Part shown: in pieces, positions 32,894 through 43,076 of the stretch
Layout: each line of letters opens with the position of its first letter
Position numbering within the stretch: position 1 is the stretch's first letter
Source: Neophaeotheca triangularis
Lineage: Eukaryota
DNA: 64,000 nucleotides
Direction: 5' to 3'
NCBI GenBank assembly: GCA_054600435.1
Contig: BAAIJX010000020.1
Span: forward strand, 1-64,000
The notes under the pieces: generated by a model
Told to the model about the DNA's origin: nothing
Seen by the model: the letters and a program-made list of their open reading frames with translations, nothing else
Database searches by the model: none
Position numbers and translations under genes: made by a program

Positions 32894-35800
32894 CTACGAT
32901 TGCTTGGATCTCTTGTAGCCGTCCGCTGCTTCGCCACTTTGTTGCTGAGAAAAAGCACCAGGCCCAGCAACCTCGTCGATCCCGCGCTTCCTAGGGCCAG
33001 AAGCCAGAGGTCCGCCACGCTGCATGCGCTCGTCATCGCCAGCACGAGAAGAGCGACCGCCTCGCATACCCTCTTCGCGACGGGGTCTGCTGTCATGGCC
33101 TTCGTAGTCGTAACCGGAAGGTGGCTGGCCGTAGCCAGCTACCTGCCGAGAAGGTGGGTAGTCGCCGGCTCTGCCTGGCGGGCCTTCGCGCAATTCGCCG
33201 CGACGGGAAGAAGGTCCGTAGCTCCTTTCATCTCTGCCGCGACGTTCGTCTTGGGGCTGCATGGAACTGGGGGCGCGGCCGTTGTAGGGCTCGTTGCCGG
33301 GTTGAGGGCCTTGGAGGCGGCGCTCGCGGCTCGAGTTGCGGCTGTGACGGTGGCGTTCGGCGCGTTCTTCTTCATAGTGTCGGCGCGTGGCGTCTTCGGT
33401 GCGGTGCTCGAAGGTGCTGGGGCGGTCTGATCTGCTCTGGAGAAGATCTTGGCGTGACTCTGGTCGGCTCGGTGGAGCGGAGTCTCTGGGTCCTTCGAGG
33501 CGAGAAGATGGTGCAGGAGGCTGCGTCTGCGCATGAGATGATGGGAAGGCAGACGAAGGGGGTGCGTTGGCGTTGGCGTTGCGCGCGGCTGCTGCTGCTC
33601 CACGGACGTTGACGCCCTGGCTAGCACTGGCTGGGGTTACGTTATTGCTCTGCTGGACACTGTTAATTGGGTTCCTGGCGTTCCTGTCGTTCCGTCTCTG
33701 CCCCCCTGGTCCGCTCGGCGGACCTGCTGGGTTGGCGGGCGGCGCATTTGGCGTTCCAGGTTGCTGGGCGCCATTACGAGGCCCCGAAGGCGGATGGCTA
33801 GCCATCGGGGAGCCTGCAGCTGCACTACTCACGCTTGCCGTGTTTGTCTGCAGTCTCGAAGATTGAGCCGCGAATGCTGCTTGGCGATCGGGATGGACAT
33901 TGGCAGTAACCCGGTCGTTGGACGCAGGCTGCACCGGCACAGAGGTCGAGGAAGACTGGCGCTCGACCTGCCCGGAGCTACGACGATTGGAAGGCTCCTG
34001 GGGCGTACCGCGCATGACGGCAGGCGATTCGGGAGCTCTCGAAGCGGGAGAAGGTTGCGTCGGCGCTTGAGAACTGAAACCACGGCCACGAGAGGCAGGC
34101 TGGGATGCTGGACCATTGGGCTGCCTAGGCCCAGTTGGCGGGGCATCCTGGGGGCGCATGTCTTGAGGCCCACCAAGACGACCGTAGGAAGATTCTTGCT
34201 GGACAGGCGGAGCCATGCTCTGATTGAATCTACCCCTAGGCTCACTGAGGCGTGCTGACTGCGAAGGAGACTCGAAGAGATCGCGAGCTTGGTTGGGACG
34301 ACCAAAGCGCGGTCCCGTGGGCGCCTCGTCGTTAGTATTGTTTTGACTAGGCTGGCGCTGTGGTTCCGCAGCTGTCGAGGGTTTGCCACTGGTAGCGCTG
34401 TCCGCTCGAGTTGAAACATAATCAGATGGCCTGGAGGAGCTACTTCTCGTACCAAGCCTTTCCTGGTTCACTGATGGAGGCGTTCTCCCACCACGCTCTT
34501 CGCTCTTGTTGATCATCGCCAAGCGCGAAGGATCAATCGCTGGCCCTGCGCCGTTAGGAGGCGTTGGAGCACTTGAAGCACAACGAAGTGGCTCCCTATT
34601 GGATGAAGATGGCTGAAGGGCTGCGGCTCTATCAGGATGCGGGCTTTGAGATGGCGGTGGACCCATGCTGCTGTCTATCCTATCGCCGCGACCGTACTGC
34701 GAGCGTGGGGGAGGAGCTTGTCTCGAACCCGCGTAGTACTCGTCCTGGCTGTAACGTGAATCGTGGGAAGGATAGCGCAGAGCGTGTTCGGAGCCACCCG
34801 GACCACGAGATGCGTAGTAGTCTCTCTCTCTTTCTACAGGTCTCGGCCCGATGGCTTTGGCAGGAGAACGCTCCCGATCACGCGAGGACTGTCCATACGG
34901 CGTCTCTGGCCTACTACGGCTGTCCTGTCTACTACTCTCGTAAGACCTGCGCTCGTTGGGAGGCGTGGGCAGTGGACCTCGTGGAGGTGCAGTTTGAGGG
35001 GGCCCGGGGACGTTCGATGGCTTCGAAGGTAGGTCGTGCGACGGCCTCGACGGAGGTAGAGGTTTCGCTGGGAGAGTACCAGGGGCCGGAGTAGGGGGCT
35101 TTGAAGGTCCCCTCTGCTCAGACTTCGCTGGAGCTTGTGGCGTTGCTCTTCCGGACTCAGGCACTGCCGACTTCTCTCTTTTCTCTGACCGCACAGCTGG
35201 TGCGTCGGTCATTTTGACGTCTTCCTTGGGTGCATCGACCTTCTCGTCCCTGACCTCGCCGTCTTCAGCCACGCTCTCCTTACGAGCATCACCGTTGACT
35301 GCAATCGGTTTGAATTCTGGCGCAGAAGCATTGAGCTTGGGAGTCGACTCTTTGGCTGTTGGCTGAGGCGTCTCAGGCTTCGCAGACGATGCTTTGTTCT
35401 CCCCAGGAGCAGGCTTCACACCCTCTTTCGGGATTCTGAAGGCCTGCGGCATGATCCAATTCTTCTCTCCCTTCTTCAAAGTACCAATTAAAGCCAATGC
35501 AGCAAGCTTCAAATCCGCTCGTTCGTCTTGTTCTGCCTGTTTCTTCAGATGGCTTGACATGTCTTTACCCATGAAGTTGAGCTGCGGGAAGACGTCGCTG
35601 ACAGCGCGAAGCACGTTCATAGCGTTGTAGATTTGCATGTACTCCTTGCCTTCGAAGCAAATCTTGAAAGCGCCGTTGAGCGCAGCGTGGAAGTTGAACA
35701 AATTGCGACGAAAGTCCTCGTACTCGAGCGCGTTGACTGGCGCACCATTTTCGTCGACCTTGCGCGCGAAGCCGATGATGTTCGTTAAGCTGTCTTTACC

Positions 35801-38800
35801 GAGCCCGTTCTTCTCGTAGAGATCTTGGTCCTTGTGGAAACCGTCGAGCCACTTGAGCACTCCTCCGATGAAGCGGCCAAAGTTCTCAGATTCCTTGGAA
35901 GTGAACTGGAACATGAGCGTGGCCATGCCGGTCTTGTTGAACAAGAGGTTCAAAAGCAAATTGACTCGAAAACCCGGCGTGCCAATCTCATGAAGGACTT
36001 CGAGCATGCGTACACAGAAGAGCGCGTCCACGGGCGAGAGGACGCATCTCGTCAGGAAGCACTCTTGCAAAATAGCCGAATGCCGTTGCTCGAGCACTGT
36101 TTTGTCGTCTTCGTGCGGTTTCTCGAACCAATGCATCTTCTCCGCTTGCAAACGCTTGTCCGCTCGTTCGCGAATCTTGAGCATCTGTGCCTTCTCCTTC
36201 TCTAGGTCCTTCTTGACATCTTCACGGTTGCGTCTCTTTCTCTCTTGGTCACTCTTTTCCGTCTTCGTGAGACCAGAGCGAATCACCTTTAGCTTGTTGA
36301 TCTCATCTCCGACCTTTTTGATTTGCGCGTTGTAGGCGTCTTCGAACCACAATATGTCCCTCGCGTTCAAAGTCCAAAAAGTAACGAAAAATGGATCGCT
36401 GCTACGCTCCGTATGATCGTCGAAAACCTGGGGAAGAGCCGCAATAAGAGGCTGCAATACAGAGTGCCACGGGGTCGCTTCCTTGTCGTTCTCAGTTCCT
36501 AGCGGCAAGGCACCATCAGCCGTCTCGTCCGTCTTGTCATCGTCGCCTTCAGTCATTTCAATGTCCTCGCCCTCCGCGTCCTTTTTCGTCTCTTCGGCAT
36601 CGCTAGCCTCGAGAATTCGCTGAGAAAGCGCGTCACGGTGAACAGTGAACGCTGCACCAGCGGGTATGCCAAATTCTGAAATCAACTCAAGTACGCCAGG
36701 TACATGGCTCGCAAAATCCGGTGGCTGCAAGTTGGACTTCAAAACCTCGAGGTATTGCCCGATAACCATGTGAATTTTGTCGAGGTTGCTTCCCAGAACC
36801 TTGAGAGGCATGCTCTCATTGCCGCCATGGTGAGGATACATGTGTCGTTCTTGCTCGAGCGAAAGAAGCATCTGACCGGCCAGCTTCGGCTCCTGGAGAG
36901 CTTTCATGAGCCTAGTCGCAGGCTTCGTCCTTTCGTGTCTGGCGTCCTCGAGTTGTTTCATCGTTTCCTCGCGTAGCTTGACGCCCTGAGTCATGGCTTT
37001 GACTTGACTATCATTGGGTTGATACTCGGCCTTGATGCCCGCCATCTCAGAGAGAATCTGCTCCAAGAGCTCGAGGTCCGTGGAGTCGCCCTGACGCAGC
37101 TCGGAGCAGACATATTGCAGGACGGGCGAACTGTTGATGTACGAGTAGCGCGAAAATAGCAGCGCGGCAAATCGAGCCAAGGCTTTGAGCCAAGGGGAGG
37201 TGAGCATGCCGTCTCCTTGCATCCGGTCACGGCCAGCTCCAGACAAAGCGTTGATGAGGTGCCACGTCAAGACATCGAAACCGAAGTTGTTCAAGAAGCG
37301 CATCGAGTCGACAATGTATGGCACCATGTTGCTGTAGGACTCCAGCTGACTGACCAGTGTCTGCATGACAATACCGGGACTGCACAGTGTAGCCTTCCAG
37401 AGAGCGCGGCTTTGGGGGATTACAGACTCTCCACTGATGCGGCGTAGGTATTTGAGAGTTTCTTGTCGAGTCTGGCCGAAAGCTTCCATCATGTCTGGTA
37501 GACGGGCGGTCCTACCCATGAACCACTCGGCGTAGATGTTGTAGCGAGTGGTCTGCGGGTAGACTTGAAGAAGGCTCCAGATTTCGTTGTTGAGACTGGC
37601 ATTGTGCTTGGTCAAGCTCAGTGCAGGCACAAGGAGCCGCTTCATGAGCTCCAACCAGCGGGCCTTGTTCTGCTCTGACTTGTCCCCATCAAGACTCTGA
37701 CGAGCCCATCGAACAAGGCGAGAAAGTAGCAACGTATCTTGGCCGATCTTAATGCCCAAGAAGCCGATTATGGTCTTGCAAAGTACAAAAACGTCCTCTA
37801 TATTCTGGCAGACCGGAATGTTGATGGTCCAGTCGTCGTAGTAGTACTTGTAGGAAACACCGCTCCCATCATCTTCCTGGTCGAGTTGCAGATGACGGAG
37901 AGTGCGCTTTGCCGGTCTGAGTACAGCCAATGCATCGTTCTTCCCTTGGGCGCAACTGCCCTTGCCCTCTTGCATACCTGGACGATCTTGAAGAGGCCTG
38001 GTAGAGTCGGAGAGCTTGCCTAGCATGTGGTTGATGATGCGGTGGAAGTAGGATGGCATGGCCACGTCAACCTCCATAAGCCAAGGAAATCTTCCAAGAA
38101 GGAACAATGCTTCCGGCAAGGCGCCAACCAGCAGCAAAGCCTTCAACAAGAGAAGCTTCTGATTCTGTGGTGCGGGAAGTTCCTCCTTGGGTTCGGCCTC
38201 TTTAGCATCAACCTTTGGCGTGGCTCCTCCGCTCTTTACAGCATCTGGACGCCTGGAAGCGGGCAGAGTGTCATCCACCAGAGCTCCAGCAGCTGCCAAG
38301 GCGTTGGCCGGTCCTGTCGATCGCTCCTTCTTCTTCTTTTCTACCCTCTCTTTCTCCAGCCTCTGTCTCTCCTCTGGCATTTGCTCATCGGTTGGATGGA
38401 GATGCGGGTACAGGTCGCGTAGTGAAATGAAGCCAACCTTGATGAGTAGCGCCGCGAGGTGGATCAGGTTCTCTGGAAGTACGTCTGTAGCGTCACGAGC
38501 CGCAGAGGCATAGAATCGGAGCTTGAAGCCAAGCAATTGTGCGGCGTCCGTGTTGCCGCGCGGTGGCAGCATCTTGGTTTCCTTCATATACTGGCGGTCC
38601 TGATCGGTGCGTCTGCGCTTATTTTCGTTCGCCTCTTTGCCTCTCGAGTCGAGTTCCGGTTCTACTTTGGTGTTCAAGAGTGATACTACGGATTCGTAGT
38701 TGGTGATAGGCCGGCCTCCAAGCTCGAAGAATGCGGCGATGCCCTTGTCGTGAGCTTGATCCCAAAAGGTGCGATCGTTCTTCTCTTGGATGGTAGCAAG

Positions 38801-40027
38801 CTCTTCCTTATCTTGCTCGCTGTAGCCCCAAGACTTCGAAGCAGGGAGGGCCCAGCGAGGGAAAGCGTCCACTCCTGGCTCGGCCCAACGGATGTCTTCC
38901 AGGACAGGGTCCTCCGGCCACCACGAACTGCAACGAAGAAACCTGAGAGAGAAGCGGTACTCGCGCACGAGCGACGCCGCACTTTCATCAAGTATGATAT
39001 CCAGTACACGGCCTACATCCAGATCGAACGCGCCAACCAGAGCCTTGACCCTCTGAAAGGCGTCTTCGGGTACTTGTAAAGTTGCCCGAGACTGCGCCAG
39101 ATTGTAGAACTCTGTGATCAGTTTCGCGTAACCCTCCGTCTCTTCCCGTAGTAAGTTGAAGTTGGCCTGACGATAAAGCTGATTCGTGGTCTTCCTCATC
39201 TTCATGCGTTCGAAGGTTGAGCGAACGAGTGCAAGAGATTGCAGTTGAGACACATCAAGGTTTTCGCGAATCAACTCTGGAGCAATGTCTGTAGCCGCGA
39301 GGATGTGCAATAGTTCTCGACTCTTTGTATCCGCCTCGTCGAGCAGGGAGATTGTGTCGAGGAAGGACTCTTGAGTTTCCTTCCTTTCCGATTCCTCAGC
39401 CGCCGCGATGATCTGTGAGACCGTTTCGCCTGCCTCTGAGGCTTCAAGCCTATTGTCCAATCCTGACCGTAGCAGCTCTTGTATTATATCAGAAGCAACT
39501 AACTCATCCCCTGTCTTGAAGGCCTCGAGCACCGCCTGCTTCCCGGATTCCTGCCATGTCTTCACAGCTTCGTCGGTCAGGTACTCATAGAAGTAGTCCG
39601 CGACCGGCGTTCTTGGCTCCTGTGGGGCTTGCTGTGAGGCGGGCTCTGGCTGCGGCGGCGGCTGCGGCTGAGGGGTCTGCGCTGCTGTACTAGCTGTCTG
39701 CGATTGGGAGGTAGTCCAAGGTCCAGGGCTTTCCACTCCGTTTGATTGTGGAGTTGGCTGAGGCTGTGTAGAGCGCGCGTTCCTCCTAGAAGCATTGACA
39801 GGCGTGGAGTTGACATCCCCAGATGGGCTCGATGGTGTGTAGTCGTGGCGGCTGGAACGCCTGCTGTTGTTCCTAGCGCCACCACCGCCTCTGCCTCCTC
39901 TAGCGCTCTGGTGCTGGTTCTGTTGCGCAAGATTGAGGTCTTGCGGTTTGTGAGGTGAAGAACGGCTCGAGCCTTCATCCTGCGCTGACTGGCGATCTGC
40001 ACCGGGCCGCTTGCGCTTGGGCGGCAT
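32894..40027 (-). CDS. THO2: THO complex subunit 2 (Tho2/Rlr1); C-terminus uncertain (see findings)
   Basis: ATG 40027 (MPPKRKR); LYRQANFNLLREETEGYAKL, LVGAFDLDVGRVLDIIL, AAQLLGFKLRFY, FFVTFWTL, KEYMQIYNAMNVL; long disordered tail. Confidence 0.93.
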   Translation of the reverse strand: MPPKRKRPGADRQSAQDEGSSRSSPHKPQDLNLAQQNQHQSARGGRGGGGARNNSRRSSRHDYTPSSPSGDVNSTPVNASRRNARSTQPQPTPQSNGVESPGPWTTSQSQTASTAAQTPQPQPPPQPEPASQQAPQEPRTPVADYFYEYLTDEAVKTWQESGKQAVLEAFKTGDELVASDIIQELLRSGLDNRLEASEAGETVSQIIAAAEESERKETQESFLDTISLLDEADTKSRELLHILAATDIAPELIRENLDVSQLQSLALVRSTFERMKMRKTTNQLYRQANFNLLREETEGYAKLITEFYNLAQSRATLQVPEDAFQRVKALVGAFDLDVGRVLDIILDESAASLVREYRFSLRFLRCSSWWPEDPVLEDIRWAEPGVDAFPRWALPASKSWGYSEQDKEELATIQEKNDRTFWDQAHDKGIAAFFELGGRPITNYESVVSLLNTKVEPELDSRGKEANENKRRRTDQDRQYMKETKMLPPRGNTDAAQLLGFKLRFYASAARDATDVLPENLIHLAALLIKVGFISLRDLYPHLHPTDEQMPEERQRLEKERVEKKKKERSTGPANALAAAGALVDDTLPASRRPDAVKSGGATPKVDAKEAEPKEELPAPQNQKLLLLKALLLVGALPEALFLLGRFPWLMEVDVAMPSYFHRIINHMLGKLSDSTRPLQDRPGMQEGKGSCAQGKNDALAVLRPAKRTLRHLQLDQEDDGSGVSYKYYYDDWTINIPVCQNIEDVFVLCKTIIGFLGIKIGQDTLLLSRLVRWARQSLDGDKSEQNKARWLELMKRLLVPALSLTKHNASLNNEIWSLLQVYPQTTRYNIYAEWFMGRTARLPDMMEAFGQTRQETLKYLRRISGESVIPQSRALWKATLCSPGIVMQTLVSQLESYSNMVPYIVDSMRFLNNFGFDVLTWHLINALSGAGRDRMQGDGMLTSPWLKALARFAALLFSRYSYINSSPVLQYVCSELRQGDSTDLELLEQILSEMAGIKAEYQPNDSQVKAMTQGVKLREETMKQLEDARHERTKPATRLMKALQEPKLAGQMLLSLEQERHMYPHHGGNESMPLKVLGSNLDKIHMVIGQYLEVLKSNLQPPDFASHVPGVLELISEFGIPAGAAFTVHRDALSQRILEASDAEETKKDAEGEDIEMTEGDDDKTDETADGALPLGTENDKEATPWHSVLQPLIAALPQVFDDHTERSSDPFFVTFWTLNARDILWFEDAYNAQIKKVGDEINKLKVIRSGLTKTEKSDQERKRRNREDVKKDLEKEKAQMLKIRERADKRLQAEKMHWFEKPHEDDKTVLEQRHSAILQECFLTRCVLSPVDALFCVRMLEVLHEIGTPGFRVNLLLNLLFNKTGMATLMFQFTSKESENFGRFIGGVLKWLDGFHKDQDLYEKNGLGKDSLTNIIGFARKVDENGAPVNALEYEDFRRNLFNFHAALNGAFKICFEGKEYMQIYNAMNVLRAVSDVFPQLNFMGKDMSSHLKKQAEQDERADLKLAALALIGTLKKGEKNWIMPQAFRIPKEGVKPAPGENKASSAKPETPQPTAKESTPKLNASAPEFKPIAVNGDARKESVAEDGEVRDEKVDAPKEDVKMTDAPAVRSEKREKSAVPESGRATPQAPAKSEQRGPSKPPTPAPGTLPAKPLPPSRPSHDLPSKPSNVPGPPQTAPPRGPLPTPPNERRSYESSRQDSRSRPETPYGQSSRDRERSPAKAIGPRPVERERDYYASRGPGGSEHALRYPSHDSRYSQDEYYAGSRQAPPPRSQYGRGDRIDSSMGPPPSQSPHPDRAAALQPSSSNREPLRCASSAPTPPNGAGPAIDPSRLAMINKSEERGGRTPPSVNQERLGTRSSSSRPSDYVSTRADSATSGKPSTAAEPQRQPSQNNTNDEAPTGPRFGRPNQARDLFESPSQSARLSEPRGRFNQSMAPPVQQESSYGRLGGPQDMRPQDAPPTGPRQPNGPASQPASRGRGFSSQAPTQPSPASRAPESPAVMRGTPQEPSNRRSSGQVERQSSSTSVPVQPASNDRVTANVHPDRQAAFAAQSSRLQTNTASVSSAAAGSPMASHPPSGPRNGAQQPGTPNAPPANPAGPPSGPGGQRRNDRNARNPINSVQQSNNVTPASASQGVNVRGAAAAARNANANAPPSSAFPSSHAQTQPPAPSSRLEGPRDSAPPSRPESRQDLLQSRSDRPSTFEHRTEDATRRHYEEERAERHRHSRNSSRERRLQGPQPGNEPYNGRAPSSMQPQDERRGRDERSYGPSSRRGELREGPPGRAGDYPPSRQVAGYGQPPSGYDYEGHDSRPRREEGMRGGRSSRAGDDERMQRGGPLASGPRKRGIDEVAGPGAFSQQQSGEAADGYKRSKQS

Positions 40028-40660
40028 GGTGTCGTGCTTGCAGTCGGTCGAGCTCAGTAGGTTTGGGTTAATGTACAGAGGTGGACTGCTGGTCAATCGC
40101 GCCTAGCGAAGGTGAAGTTTCACGATTAGCGATTGAGTTGCGTCGGAGGGGTAATGTTCGCTGTCGCGGTCCGGTATTTGCTAACAATGGGGTATCACGG
40201 AGAACAGAGCTGCAAGTAGCGAAATCGACAGAACGGTGAGTGTTGTCGATGTGGGTTACGGAACGGCTCGTATGAAGGAGTGTGGGAAAGGATGGGTTTG
40301 CGGAAGTGAAGGTGGTGGTGGTGACTTTACAAGTTCACGCGAAGCTGCTTTGAGTGACAGCATGCGGCATCGGAACTTAAGCCCGAGACATGGTCTGAGC
40401 TTCGATAGCCTCATATCTCAGGCATCAAACAAAACACAGTCTACTAAAGATCCTATTACAAAAGGTCAGCCCCCTGATGCCTTTCTCCCAACCAAGGAAA
40501 TTGGACTCGCTATCCCTTGGGAAAGAGGTGATAGATGTATTCAAATATACAGTATAGAGTACAACCCTCCTACAGTCGCGGACCTAAGCACGCCTGTTTC
40601 CGCAATCAAACGCCCTCGCTATGCACCAAATCCCGTGGTATCTCATCCCAGAAAATCTAA

Positions 40661-42795
40661 CTACGCAACAGCGCCCGCCTCTTGTCCAAACCCATGACCC
40701 TCACTGGTCTCCTTGACGGCGCTCGCAAAAGCCTCTTCTTTCCTCCTCGTCCGGCTCTTCCCCCTAACATAAGCGAGCAACCTAAGCGCTCCCGCCGGCG
40801 TCACACCCTCAACTCTCCTCGCCTGGCCAACGCTCTCGGGTCTAGTAACACTCAAAACCTTCTTCTCTTCCGTGCTCAAGCCGAAGATCGCATGGTAGTC
40901 TAGGTCTGTCGGTAACTGCAGGCTCTCGTCGCGGGCGAAAGAGGCTGCCGTGGCCTCTTGTTGTTGGATGTAGGGCGCGTAAGTGCCTTCGATGTCCATG
41001 CGGGCGAGTACGCGGGGCGAATAGTTGGCCAAGAAGGGGAAGTACGGCGCTAGGGACGATGTGGTGATGGCGGCGTGTCGGAGCATTTCGAAAGCGGATC
41101 TTTTGGCACTGTCGCTGCGCACGGGGAAACCGTATTCTATCCAGCGCGGCGAAGGGAGCTTCTGCTGTTCAAGCAGTGTGCGTAGCTCTCCCAGCTGTGC
41201 TCGCTCGTCGCTGAATGCTGCCCAGCGCTTATCTCCTACCACACCGGCTTCACGTCCCTTTGCTGTTAGTCGCAGGTCGGCGTTGTCGGCTCGTGCAGAC
41301 ATTCGATACTCGCTGCGGCTTGTGAACATGCGATAGGGCTCGCTGACCCCCTTAGTGACAAGATCATCAATCATGATGCCGATGTAACTGTCCGCACGAG
41401 ACATGATGAACGGTTGCCTGCCAACTGCCGCATTTCCAGCATTGATGCCGGCGAGCACACCTTGTGCTGCTGCTTCTTCGTAGCCAGTCGTGCCGTTGAT
41501 CTGACCGGCAAGGTAGAGCCCGCTTATGGCTTTCGTCTCCAAGGTTGACTTTAGATTGCGGGGATCCACATAGTCATATTCGACGCCGTAGCCTGGCTGG
41601 GTCATTTTGGCATTTTCCAGTCCAACGATACTCTTGAGTACAGCTTCCTGCGCGTCCGCTGGCACAGTCATGCTAATGCCGTTGGGATATATGACATCGC
41701 TGTCAAACCCCTCCGGTTCCAGCCAGATGAGATGCTGGTCTTTCGAGGCAAAGCGCAGGACTTTGCTCTCCAAACTTGGGCAATATCTCGGGCCTTTGAC
41801 AGTCTCGCGAATGTGAATACTGCGGTCGAGGTTCTTGCGAATGACATCGTGCGTTGCTGGATTCGTGTAAGTAGAGTAACAGTCCAGCTGTTTCTCTACC
41901 GCGACGCGATCATTCAAGTAGGAAAAGGGAACGGGTGGCTTGTCGCCAGGCTGCTCTTGTAAGCGCGAAAAGTCGATTGTCTTTCTATCGAGTCTGGGTG
42001 GAGTGCCAGTCTTCAGCCTCCCAAGCTGGAAGCCTGCTTCCTTGAGCGAGCTGGACAGGCCGGTTGTGGCGGCTTCACCCATACGTCCAGATGGAAAGAC
42101 ATCGAGCCCCACGTGTATTTCTCCGCCCAAGAACGTGCCAGTCGTGATTACCACGTTGTTCGCGCTCAATATTTCTCCAGATTCAAGCCGAATGCCTGTG
42201 ATCCTGCCGTGGCTTCCTGCAGTAGCAGCCGCCTCTCCCTTGTCTACGATGATGTCTGCCACCTTTCCTTCCTTGACTTCCAAGCCCGCCACTTCGAGCA
42301 TCTCTTCTCTCATGTGTTTCTTGTAGAGCGCTCGATCAATCTGGGCACGAGGGCCCCAAACGGCTGGCCCCTTCTTCTTGTTGAGCATCCGGAATTGCAA
42401 CCCAGCCTTATCCGTTATCCGCCCCACCAGACCGTCCAAGGCATCGATCTCCCTCATCATGGTACCCTTGCCGATACCTCCAAACGAGGGATTGCAAGAG
42501 CATACTCCTAGATTTTCAATGGAAGGTGTCACGAGAGTTGTTCGAGCACCTGCGCGTGCGGCTGCGGCTGATGCCTCACAGCCGGCATGGCCACCTCCAA
42601 TTACTACAACGTCAATTGGCGGACTGTGGGCGAATTAGCAGTAGTCGTAGCAGTCAGGACAGTCAGAGGCGCATACGGGGCATCCGTGGGCAGGTCGGCG
42701 ACAGTGGCAAGAGACCGCTTAAAGGCTGCCGCCGACCTAACTCGGGGCGCATGACCCCAGAGCAATCGTGCTCTAGCCGAGAAGATCAAGGACAT
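40661..42795 (-). CDS. MTO1: Mitochondrial tRNA modification enzyme Mto1 (GidA/MnmG); exons 42795-42677, 42623-40661
   Basis: Arg-rich presequence; phase-2 intron [80 protein letters not shown]. Confidence 0.95.
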
Positions 42796-43076
42796 TCTAC
42801 AGCCGTATGGTATGAGTAGATAGATAACAAAGGTGTGAAGTGTTGCTTGTCGCAAAGTCAAGATGGAGGAGGTTAAGAATGTTGCTCCACTTTTATTATT
42901 TCCTAATCCGTCTCCGACGATGGATGTTTTGGGAACCTAGGCGTTTCGGCAAAGAGATTGACACTTGTGCACTGCGGACCGCCGGTGAGAGGACATCTGA
43001 AGATAAAAGACCTGCCATCTTGTCGTCTGGAGACAGTATCATCAGTGGTAGTTGATTGCCACGATGCAGCGGCGAG

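Noticed and set aside
32408..33430. 340-aa + strand ORF
   Set aside because: In-register antisense shadow of the THO2 3' region; no true ATG start or recognisable motifs
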